NCBI GenBank assembly: GCA_035403225.1 | Contig: DAONET010000001.1 | Location: 52,281-116,280 of the forward strand | Length of the DNA stretch: 64,000 nucleotides | Origin: Bacteroidales bacterium | GTDB lineage: Bacteria > Bacteroidota > Bacteroidia > Bacteroidales > FEN-979 | Direction of reading: 5' to 3' | In this document: positions 9,484 through 17,505 of the stretch, piece by piece | How positions within the stretch are numbered: the stretch's first letter is position 1 | How the letters are laid out: each line of letters starts with the position of its first letter | The notes under the pieces: model-generated | Databases searched by the model: none | The model's input: the letters and a program-made list of their open reading frames with translations, nothing else | Told to the model about the DNA's origin: nothing | Program-made: the position numbers and the translations under genes

Positions 9484-10481
9484 TTTCCGAGAGTGGCCAC
9501 CATGACCGCCTTGATGGTATGCAGGCGGTTTTCGGCTTCATCGAATACGATGGAAGCAGGGGACTCAAACACCTCTTCGGTCACTTCCAGACCATCCAGG
9601 TTGAATTTTTTATAGATGTCCTTTCCCACTTCGGTATCTGTGTTGTGGAACGAAGGAAGACAATGCAGGAACTTAACATCCGGGTTACCGGTTTTGTCAA
9701 GCATAGCCTTGTTCACCTGGTAAGGGAGCATATCCTTAATACGGGCTTCCCACAGTTCGGGAGCTTCGCCCATGGATACCCACACATCGGTATAGATGAA
9801 GTCAACACCTTTCACGGCTTCCGAAACATCCTCGGTGATGGTGATTTTGGCGCCGGTTTCTTTGGCAATGGCCCGGCATTTTTCCACTAATTCGGGATCC
9901 GGCCAGTATTTTTTCGGGGCGGCAGCACGGTAGTCCATACCCATCTTGGCAGCGCCGACCATCAGTGAATTACCCATATTGAAACGGGCATCGCCGCAAT
10001 AAACGAACGACATCTGGTTCAGGGGTTTATTGGAATGTTCCATCATGGTCATAAAATCGGCCAGGATCTGTGTCGGATGAAATTCATTGGTCAAACCGTT
10101 CCAAACGGGCACTCCGGCATATTTGGCCAGTTCTTCCACAATAGCTTGTCCGAAACCGCGGTATTCGATCCCGTCGTACATACGTCCCAGCACCCGGGCG
10201 GTATCCCGCATGGTCTCTTTTTTCCCGATATGCGAACCTTCGGGTCCCAGATAGGTGACATTAGCTCCCTGATCGTAAGCGGCGACCTCAAAAGAACAAC
10301 GGGTCCGGGTAGAAGCCTTCTCGAAGATCAGGGCAACGTTCTTGCCTTTCAAACGGGGTTGTTCCGTTCCCGTATATTTTGCCTTCTTCAGGTCGATAGC
10401 CAGGTCCAGCAAAAATTTAATTTCCTGCGGAGTAAAATCAAGCAGTTTCAAAAAATTCCTGTTTCTCAGATTAATTGCCAT
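9480..10481 (-). CDS. argF: Ornithine carbamoyltransferase (classical ArgF/ArgI/ArcB type)
   Basis: 333 aa with the carbamoyl-phosphate motif STRTR, HPTQ, the ornithine-binding DVWVSMG and HCLP. Confidence 0.95.
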   Translation of the reverse strand: MAINLRNRNFLKLLDFTPQEIKFLLDLAIDLKKAKYTGTEQPRLKGKNVALIFEKASTRTRCSFEVAAYDQGANVTYLGPEGSHIGKKETMRDTARVLGRMYDGIEYRGFGQAIVEELAKYAGVPVWNGLTNEFHPTQILADFMTMMEHSNKPLNQMSFVYCGDARFNMGNSLMVGAAKMGMDYRAAAPKKYWPDPELVEKCRAIAKETGAKITITEDVSEAVKGVDFIYTDVWVSMGEAPELWEARIKDMLPYQVNKAMLDKTGNPDVKFLHCLPSFHNTDTEVGKDIYKKFNLDGLEVTEEVFESPASIVFDEAENRLHTIKAVMVATLGN

Positions 10482-10515
10482 AATATGCTAATTTAAAAGG
10501 GTTTGTATTCTGGTG

Positions 10516-10523
10516 CAAAAGTA
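10516..10523 (-). promoter_or_regulatory. Bacteroidota -7 promoter box TACTTTTG for argF
   Basis: The reverse complement of caaaagta matches TAnnTTTG, 34 nt upstream of the argF ATG. Confidence 0.55.
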
Positions 10524-10529
10524 GTGCTT

Positions 10530-11726
10530 TTATTCTGATTTCACGGTATCATTTGTACGTTGATAGGGTCTCAGTCCGAAGGTGGGCATCATGGCGTAGA
10601 TGAACTCGACCAGGTCGGACCGGAACTTTTCGTATTCCACATAATCCTTGTGAAGGCAATAGGCCTGTATCTCGACCGGGATCCCGTGTTCTTCGGGTTG
10701 AAGTTCCCGCGCCAATACGTACATCTGCGGGTTCACCTCCGGACGGTTTTTCAGGGTATATACCAGGTACCGGCGGAAAACACCCAGGTTGGTAAGCCCG
10801 AAGGGATTCCGGAGAAGATCTTCCGGCAGCTCGATCCCTTTCAGGTTATCCAGAAACTGCTGATCAACCAACGTGATCGAATTAACGTCGACATGAAACG
10901 AACGTTTCAGGTGCCGGCCTCCGTTTTCATGCATCTGACGCCAGTTCTGAAAAGATCCCGTAATGAATGAGTACGTCGGTACCGTCGCGATCGAATTATC
11001 AAAATTGCGGATCTTGACAATCACCAAAGAGATATCGGTAACAATGCCATCTACATCAAAAGAAGGCATGGTGATCCAGTCGCCGTTTTGCAGCATATTG
11101 TTTCCGGAGATCTGCACCCCTGCCACAAATCCCAGGATGCTGTCGCGGAAGATCAACAGAAGGATGGCGGAAACAGCTCCCAGTCCGGCCAGGATCGTGA
11201 TGGGCGATTGCCCCAGCAAAACCGAAACCACAATGATCCCGGCGATCACCATCGCAACGATCTTGGCGATTTGGATATAGCTCTTGATTGGCTTGGAAGT
11301 GGAACTTTTTGAATCGCTGAGGATATGATAAGAAGCATTCAGGAACGAATTGACTACAATGAGGATGATCAAGGTCATGAATACTTTCAACCCCATATCG
11401 ATGTACCGGATAGCATCGGGATATTGCCGGATGAGAACGGGGTGCCCCATTTTCAGGATCAGGGCAGGAACGATCATGGCAAGCCGGGAAAAGACTTTAT
11501 GCTCATAGAGATAATCATCCCATTGGCTGCGTGATCGTTTGATCAGCCTGATCAATATTCGGTTGATGATGAACTTCAGAATATAATACACCACGATGGA
11601 GGAAGCCAGCAGGAAGATGAGTGACGAAAAGTCGGCGAAGTAGAGGGCCCATTTTTCTCCCATCCCCCAATTTATCAGGTGATCCAGTAGACGATCGTGG
11701 AACGTCAGCGCGCGATAAGGGGTCAT
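10530..11726 (-). CDS. Mechanosensitive ion channel family protein (MscS-like)
   Basis: 398 aa with N-terminal TM helices, then an MscS pore and beta domain (ILLLIFRDSILGFVAGVQISGNNMLQNGDWITMPSFDVDGIVTDISL..VKIRNFDNSI). Confidence 0.85.
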   Translation of the reverse strand: MTPYRALTFHDRLLDHLINWGMGEKWALYFADFSSLIFLLASSIVVYYILKFIINRILIRLIKRSRSQWDDYLYEHKVFSRLAMIVPALILKMGHPVLIRQYPDAIRYIDMGLKVFMTLIILIVVNSFLNASYHILSDSKSSTSKPIKSYIQIAKIVAMVIAGIIVVSVLLGQSPITILAGLGAVSAILLLIFRDSILGFVAGVQISGNNMLQNGDWITMPSFDVDGIVTDISLVIVKIRNFDNSIATVPTYSFITGSFQNWRQMHENGGRHLKRSFHVDVNSITLVDQQFLDNLKGIELPEDLLRNPFGLTNLGVFRRYLVYTLKNRPEVNPQMYVLARELQPEEHGIPVEIQAYCLHKDYVEYEKFRSDLVEFIYAMMPTFGLRPYQRTNDTVKSE

Positions 11727-11735
11727 ATGATTATT

Positions 11736-12629
11736 TTAAGGAATGATCACATTTAACGATAAAGGCAACACTTTAACCATGATTTTTCTGTCTGTCTTCC
11801 ACGGGTCTCCGTCGAGGTGGACATCTTTTCCCCGTGCCCGTGTGACCTGGAATTCTGTGGCTCGAAAGATCTCTACGTAACTCGTTTTATGGAATTGCTT
11901 CAGAAAAAAAGCCGGGGTAATAAACACCAGCCGGTACCATGGTATTTTTTTTACGATGCAGATATCGATGAACCCATCGTCGAGACGGGCAACCGGGTCT
12001 ACGCTGGCGTTGTTCCCAAACTGATTGGAATTGGCGAAACTGATGAACAGCGCCTTCCGGGTGTATTCCTTTCCATTGGCGCTGATGACGTACTTCCGTT
12101 GTTTGTATCCGAAGTAGGCAGGAACAACGATCTGGGCATAGGTCTGGAAGCCGCGCGTACCGATCCTGGCAAACTTTTTCGCCACATACGCATCAAACCC
12201 CACTCCCGCCACGCTGACAAATAAGCGGCCGTTCAGTGTTCCTGTATCGATCGTATGCCGTTTACCGCGTAAAATGATCCTGATGGATTTTCTGAAATGG
12301 AAAGGGATGTGCAGGTGATGAGCCAGACCGTTCCCCGAGCCGGTAGGAATAATCCCCATGGCCGCATTGGTGCCGACAAGCCCACGCGCCACTTCGTTCA
12401 CCGTGCCGTCGCCACCCACAGCAACCACGGTATCGACACCGCGGGCGACTGCTTCCCGGCTCAGCTCTTCCGCATGTCCGGGATGGGTAGTCATGATTAC
12501 CTCCGTGTGGATCCCGGTACCGGCTGTCTCCCTGGCGACGATCTCACCCAGGCTCTTTTGCCGCCCTTTACCGGAAATGGGGTTTACGATAAAAACAATT
12601 TTCTTCGGTTCGGTTTTTCCTGTTTCCAT
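11736..12629 (-). CDS. Diacylglycerol-kinase-catalytic-domain lipid kinase (YegS/BmrU/DgkB family)
   Basis: DAGK_cat motifs are present: IVNPISGKG and VVAVGGDGTVNEV. I prefer the start at METGKTEPKK (12629), 1 nt after the upstream stop. The track start at 12656 would overlap the upstream gene by 26 nt. Confidence 0.85.
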   Translation of the reverse strand: METGKTEPKKIVFIVNPISGKGRQKSLGEIVARETAGTGIHTEVIMTTHPGHAEELSREAVARGVDTVVAVGGDGTVNEVARGLVGTNAAMGIIPTGSGNGLAHHLHIPFHFRKSIRIILRGKRHTIDTGTLNGRLFVSVAGVGFDAYVAKKFARIGTRGFQTYAQIVVPAYFGYKQRKYVISANGKEYTRKALFISFANSNQFGNNASVDPVARLDDGFIDICIVKKIPWYRLVFITPAFFLKQFHKTSYVEIFRATEFQVTRARGKDVHLDGDPWKTDRKIMVKVLPLSLNVIIP

Positions 12630-12630
12630 G

Positions 12631-14595
12631 TCATTCAACAATGAGTCTGTTTTCAATCATCCGGTTATTATATTGCTGCAGATATGCCTTGAGGAATAAC
12701 TCCTGCTCTTTCTGTGATTTCTCCCCTTTCCCGGCAAGATTATGCTGTTGCAGGGGGTCTTTTTTCAGGTTGAAGAAAGCCGTAGTGCGGGTTCCGTCTG
12801 ACTCGAGGCTGTAACCTCCGCGAATAAGGGTGTACATCCCGCCCACATAGTTGACGGAAAACCCTTCGGAACGGTTGTCCAGCAGGTTATTCCCAAAGGC
12901 AAGGAAAGGTCTGTTATAACCCAGGTACCCCAGAATTGTCGGCATGATGTCGGTCTGCTGGGCGATTTTCGATGATTTCCCGTGAAGGTCGCTACCGGGT
13001 TTATAAAAGATCAATGGAATCGCAAACTGGCCGGCATGCGTATTATAATAAGCATAGTATCCTTCGGAAGTATGATCGGCCGTAATCACGAACAGGGTAT
13101 TAAAGAACCAGTTTTCATGCCGGATGGTATGAAAGAAACGGGCCAGGGAATAATCGGAGTACTGCACCACCTGTTGAATTGGCAGGTTCCCCTTGTTAAA
13201 CTGGTGGGCATATTTCCCGGGTAACTCGTAAGGATGATGAGAGGAGAGCGAAAAGAAGGCGACCATGAAAGGCTGTCGCATCGCGTTTGTCTTCTGAGCC
13301 ATGAACTGCATGAACTCTTCATCACGGATCCCCCATTTTCCGTCGAAATCATTATCATTACCGTATTCGGTCCGGCCAAAATAATTTCTGAACCCGATCT
13401 CGGGCATATAGGTTTCATAATCCATGATGCCGTTGGTGCCGCCATGGAAGAAGGCGGTCTGGTAACCACAGCGTTTCAGCAACCCGGCCAGACCCGGCAT
13501 TTTGTTCGCTGCATACGAAGACTGAAGCATGGGTTGATCCATCAGGCAAGGGATTCCGGAAAGGATGGCCGGGATTCCCTGAATGGACGTCTTCCCGTTA
13601 GCGTATGCCTGGAACGTAAGACTGTGCCCGATGAGCGAATCCAGAAACGGGGTATATCCTTCATAGGCGCCATTGCCCAGATCGCGGTTCAACGCCCCGA
13701 TATGCTCCTTCGAAAAACTTTCCATGACGATGACCATCACGTTCAACGGTTGAAGGGTATCTGTGGTGGCCGGATGGTATGGGGTGTAGATCTCCGCCAG
13801 TTCTTTTTCCGAAGAAAACCATGTCTTCCTGACAATGGGCTCTTCTTTGTATGACTTGATTATTGAAAAAGGCGTGTTGGTCAGTAACGGAATGTATTTT
13901 GCCGAGACATACCTGGCAGGTGTATGCAGGTTGATGGTCCTTTTGTGCCATCCGCCGCGGATGCCGATCACAGAGATCAGGATGGCGAGGATGAACAGGA
14001 AAGACTGGCTCACATAATAACTCTGCTGATTTCCCTTTCCCTTGTTGGCAGGGAGTGACGTTTTCATCCGCGTGCAGACCCAGATCAGCAAGGCTGTGAA
14101 ACCAAGCCAGGTCAGCGCTACCGGCCAGAAATCCTTCATAAACTGAGGGATCAGGGTATTAAAATCGCCGCCTACCTCCAGGTACCGGAAGATATCCCAG
14201 GTCATTCTTTTCAGGGTAAAACGAAAATAAACCGAATCGACGAAGTTTGCCATCAATCCGATAGCATTGAAGGAATAGAACAGGGTATTGACTATTCCGA
14301 GGTACGCGTTGCTGTATCTGAATTTGAAAGGCAGAAAGCAAAGCACGATAACCGGCAGGTTGATGGCCATCACCGCTGAAAAATCGAACAACACCCCTCT
14401 GAGGAAGATCCTGAAAAGTTCGCCGGTGCCAAGGTCATTAAAATATCTCAGGTTGAACAGCCAAAAGGCGATGCGGGAAAGAAAGAAGAGGAGCATGACC
14501 ACGGCCAGCCTGATGGTGATCACCATGGGAAGCGGGAATCCTTTGCCGGTCGGTTTTTTCTTTTTTGAAGCGGGTCTTTTTCGTGCAGTTGCCAT
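12631..14595 (-). CDS. LTA synthase / OpgB-like membrane phosphoglycerol-transferase family protein (sulfatase-fold)
   Basis: 654 aa with about 5 N-terminal TM helices followed by an extracytoplasmic alkaline-phosphatase/sulfatase-type domain (VIVMESFSKEHIG ... ITADHTSEG). Confidence 0.75.
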   Translation of the reverse strand: MATARKRPASKKKKPTGKGFPLPMVITIRLAVVMLLFFLSRIAFWLFNLRYFNDLGTGELFRIFLRGVLFDFSAVMAINLPVIVLCFLPFKFRYSNAYLGIVNTLFYSFNAIGLMANFVDSVYFRFTLKRMTWDIFRYLEVGGDFNTLIPQFMKDFWPVALTWLGFTALLIWVCTRMKTSLPANKGKGNQQSYYVSQSFLFILAILISVIGIRGGWHKRTINLHTPARYVSAKYIPLLTNTPFSIIKSYKEEPIVRKTWFSSEKELAEIYTPYHPATTDTLQPLNVMVIVMESFSKEHIGALNRDLGNGAYEGYTPFLDSLIGHSLTFQAYANGKTSIQGIPAILSGIPCLMDQPMLQSSYAANKMPGLAGLLKRCGYQTAFFHGGTNGIMDYETYMPEIGFRNYFGRTEYGNDNDFDGKWGIRDEEFMQFMAQKTNAMRQPFMVAFFSLSSHHPYELPGKYAHQFNKGNLPIQQVVQYSDYSLARFFHTIRHENWFFNTLFVITADHTSEGYYAYYNTHAGQFAIPLIFYKPGSDLHGKSSKIAQQTDIMPTILGYLGYNRPFLAFGNNLLDNRSEGFSVNYVGGMYTLIRGGYSLESDGTRTTAFFNLKKDPLQQHNLAGKGEKSQKEQELFLKAYLQQYNNRMIENRLIVE

Positions 14596-14612
14596 AGAAT
14601 TATCTGTTGCTG

Positions 14613-14620
14613 CAAAGGTA
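14613..14620 (-). promoter_or_regulatory. Bacteroidota -7 promoter box TACCTTTG for the LtaS-like operon
   Basis: The reverse complement of caaaggta matches TAnnTTTG, 17 nt upstream of the start at 14595. Confidence 0.55.
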
Positions 14621-14672
14621 CAAGGTTATGCGAATATGCATACTCAACCCGGGAATTCGTATAAAATTTATC

Positions 14673-14680
14673 TACCTTTG
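14673..14680 (+). promoter_or_regulatory. Bacteroidota -7 promoter box TACCTTTG for citDE-citF
   Basis: Exact TAnnTTTG match, 45 nt upstream of ATG 14726. This supports the shorter start over the 14288 track start. Confidence 0.55.
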
Positions 14681-14725
14681 AACTTTCATTTTTTATTCAA
14701 ATCTGACATCAATATCCGACCGACC

Positions 14726-15946
14726 ATGGGAACCATTGTAACAACCGGTAATAAAGGAAAAGGAGTCCGATCGGACTGCTTTATCACCCTTGAACTGACC
14801 GATCAGGGAGGGATGCTGCTGCAGGTTGAATCCAAGGTAGCGGCCTTGTATGGAACCGACATCCGCAAGAAGATCACCGAAATGATGAATTTCTTCGGAA
14901 TTGTGAATGCCACCGTACATATAGAAGACTCCGGCGCTCTGACGCCAGTCATTGCCGCCCGTCTGGAAGCAGCGATCCATAAAGCCACCAAAACCGACAA
15001 AGAGTATCTGATCCCTATGCTTGAGGAGAACAAATACGTCACCACGCGTGACCGTAACCGTTTCTCACGTCTCTATCTGCCCGGCAACACACCGAGTCTG
15101 ATGATCAATGCCGGGATCCACAAACCCGACGGCATCATTCTCGATCTGGAAGACGCGGTAGCTCCCGACAAGAAAGACGAAGCGCGGTTTATGGTACGCA
15201 ATGCCCTCCGCGGGATCGATTTTTATGGCGCTGAGCGCATGGTGCGTATCAACCAGGGAGAACGGGGACTCGATGACCTCGACTATGTCATCCCTCATAA
15301 CGTCAACCTCATCCTGCTGCCCAAATGCGAAAGTCCGGAGCAGGTACATGCCGTCAACGACAAGATTAAAAAGATCAAAAAGAAGACAAAGCAGGACGAT
15401 CCGGTGTGGATCATGCCAATCATCGAAAGCGCGTTGGGCGCCATCCGTGCAGCGGCTATTGCCACAGCAGCCGATAATGTGTCCTCACTGGCCATCGGTC
15501 TCGAGGATTACACCGCCGATATCGGCACCCGCCGTACTCCCGAAGGGAACGAGTCGTTTGTGGCCCGCAACATGGTGGTGATGGCAGCCCGTGCTGCCGG
15601 TATCCAGCCCATCGACTCTGTCTTCTCCGACGTAGGTGACATGGAAGGGTTACGGCAGAACGTGCTCCGTTCCAAAGCCCTCGGCTTCGACGGGATGGGA
15701 TGCATCCACCCGCGTCAGATCCGCGTCATCCACGACACCTTCGCTCCCACCCCCGACGAGATCGCCAAAGCCCAGAAGATCGTCCACGCCTTCGACGTGG
15801 CGCAGGAACGGGGCCTCGGCGTCGTATCGCTCGGCACCAAGATGATTGATCCACCGGTGGTGAAAAGAGCCTTTAATACCATCAACCTTGCTGTTAAAAT
15901 GAATAAACTTGACGAAAACTGGAGGGAAACCTATGAGCAAGTATGA
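14726..15946 (+). CDS. citDE: Citrate lyase acyl-carrier (gamma, CitD) fused to citryl-CoA lyase (beta, CitE)
   Basis: The first ~95 aa align by eye to CitD: GVRSDCFITLEL matches the TLESGDVMIRI region carrying the prosthetic-group Ser, and DSGALTPVIAARLEAAI is also CitD-like. The rest is HpcH/CitE (LDLEDAV, IESALG, GLEDY, GVVSLGTKMIDPP). The track ORF extends upstream to 14288 through the promoter and the LtaS-like gene, and I discounted that extension. Confidence 0.85.
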   Translation: MGTIVTTGNKGKGVRSDCFITLELTDQGGMLLQVESKVAALYGTDIRKKITEMMNFFGIVNATVHIEDSGALTPVIAARLEAAIHKATKTDKEYLIPMLEENKYVTTRDRNRFSRLYLPGNTPSLMINAGIHKPDGIILDLEDAVAPDKKDEARFMVRNALRGIDFYGAERMVRINQGERGLDDLDYVIPHNVNLILLPKCESPEQVHAVNDKIKKIKKKTKQDDPVWIMPIIESALGAIRAAAIATAADNVSSLAIGLEDYTADIGTRRTPEGNESFVARNMVVMAARAAGIQPIDSVFSDVGDMEGLRQNVLRSKALGFDGMGCIHPRQIRVIHDTFAPTPDEIAKAQKIVHAFDVAQERGLGVVSLGTKMIDPPVVKRAFNTINLAVKMNKLDENWRETYEQV

Positions 15947-17495
15947 TAAATTAGAGAAGAATGCCGCCGGACGAGTGGTCCCGACGGTCATCAACGGACG
16001 TCCGGCCATCCCTTTCCAGGGTATCGGAAAATATAAACCCACGGGGTACAAAGCTGCCCCGAAGATCGTTTCCTGTGCCGACTTCCCGGAAGACGGAAAC
16101 AAAGTCGTACCAAATCTCAAGGAGGCCCTCATCAAAGCCGGGCTCCGCGACGGGATGACCATCTCTACCCACCACCATTTCCGCAATGGCGACCTGGTGG
16201 CCGGTCAGATCTTCGATATTGCTCACGAAATGGGGGTTAAAGACCTGATGTGGTTCCCTTCCGCTTCGTTCCCCTGCCATGAGCCCATGACCAAATACCT
16301 CGATGACGGCACCATCAATCGTATTGAAGGCAGTATGAACGGAGCCCTGGGCCGCTTTACCTCCGAAGGAAAGATGCACGGGCTGGGTATCCTCCGCTCT
16401 CACGGTGGCCGTTACCAGTCCGTCCAGGACGGCGAAGTCCACATCGACATTGCCGTCATCGCAGCTCCCACCGCCGACCCGTTCGGCAACTGCAACGGAG
16501 TGAACGGACCTACCGCCTGCGGGCTGCTGGGCTTTGCCCTGGCCGATGCGCAGTACGCCGATAAAGTCATTGTGGTCACCGACAACCTGATTCCTTTCCC
16601 CTGCCTGCCCTGGCAGATACACGGTAATTATGTGGATTATGTCGTCGTTACCGACCAGCTTGGCATTCCGGAAAAGATTGTCAGCGGCACCACCGAGATC
16701 ACTAAAAGTCCCGACCGTCTGCTGTTAGCCGAATGGTCGGCACAGTTCTGCGATGAAGCCGGCCTCATTCACGACGGTTTTTCATTCCAGGCCGGTGCAG
16801 GAGGGACAGCCCTTTCCATCGGAATATACTTCGCCGACATTCTTCGCGAACGCGGCTGGAAAGCACGCTTTGCCCGTGGCGGAAGCAACAAATACCTGGT
16901 GAAAATGCTGGAAGAGGGACTGGTGGAATACATCCTCGACGGACAGACCTTCGATCTCGAAGGAGTTCGCTCCATGCGCGAGAACCCGACTCATACATGG
17001 ACAAGTCCTTTCACCAGCTACAATTACCATGGGAAAGGGAACTTCGCCTCCCTGATCGATATTGTCATCCTGGGAGCCACCGAAGTCGACGTGAACTTCA
17101 ACGCCAACGTGGTCACTCACTCCGACGGCTATCTGCTTCATGGTATCGGCGGATTTCAGAACTGTCTCTTCGGCAAAACCGTCATCCTGCCCATCCCGCT
17201 GTTCCGCGACCGCATCCCGGTAATCCGCGATGAAGTCACCACTCTCTGCGGACCGGGAGAACTGATCGACGTGATCGTCACCGAACGTGGCATCGCCATC
17301 AACCCGCGGCGCACCGATCTCATTGAAAAGATGAAGAACTCCAAACTGCCCATCCGCCCCATTGAAGAGTTGAAAGCGGAAGCGGAAAAGATATGCGGAG
17401 TGCCGGAGAAGCCTAAGTTCAGCGACGAGATCGTGGCCGTGGTCAAATGGGTCGACGGCACTGTCCTCGACAGCATTCGCAGAGTGATCAGCTAA
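15933..17495 (+). CDS. citF: Citrate lyase alpha subunit (citrate CoA-transferase, CitF)
   Basis: About 520 aa with the typical CitF N-terminus (NAAGR.VP..I.G....PF.G). The ATG at 15933 follows a GGAGGG box (15921..15926) and overlaps the citDE end by 14 nt. Confidence 0.9.
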   Translation: MSKYDKLEKNAAGRVVPTVINGRPAIPFQGIGKYKPTGYKAAPKIVSCADFPEDGNKVVPNLKEALIKAGLRDGMTISTHHHFRNGDLVAGQIFDIAHEMGVKDLMWFPSASFPCHEPMTKYLDDGTINRIEGSMNGALGRFTSEGKMHGLGILRSHGGRYQSVQDGEVHIDIAVIAAPTADPFGNCNGVNGPTACGLLGFALADAQYADKVIVVTDNLIPFPCLPWQIHGNYVDYVVVTDQLGIPEKIVSGTTEITKSPDRLLLAEWSAQFCDEAGLIHDGFSFQAGAGGTALSIGIYFADILRERGWKARFARGGSNKYLVKMLEEGLVEYILDGQTFDLEGVRSMRENPTHTWTSPFTSYNYHGKGNFASLIDIVILGATEVDVNFNANVVTHSDGYLLHGIGGFQNCLFGKTVILPIPLFRDRIPVIRDEVTTLCGPGELIDVIVTERGIAINPRRTDLIEKMKNSKLPIRPIEELKAEAEKICGVPEKPKFSDEIVAVVKWVDGTVLDSIRRVIS

Positions 17496-17505
17496 CGGGA
17501 ATATT

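Noticed and set aside
14288-14725. A 146-codon upstream extension of the citDE ORF in the six-frame track.
   Set aside because: The extension runs through the divergent promoter region (two TACCTTTG boxes) and antisense into the LtaS-like gene. The CitD homology begins at the ATG at 14726.
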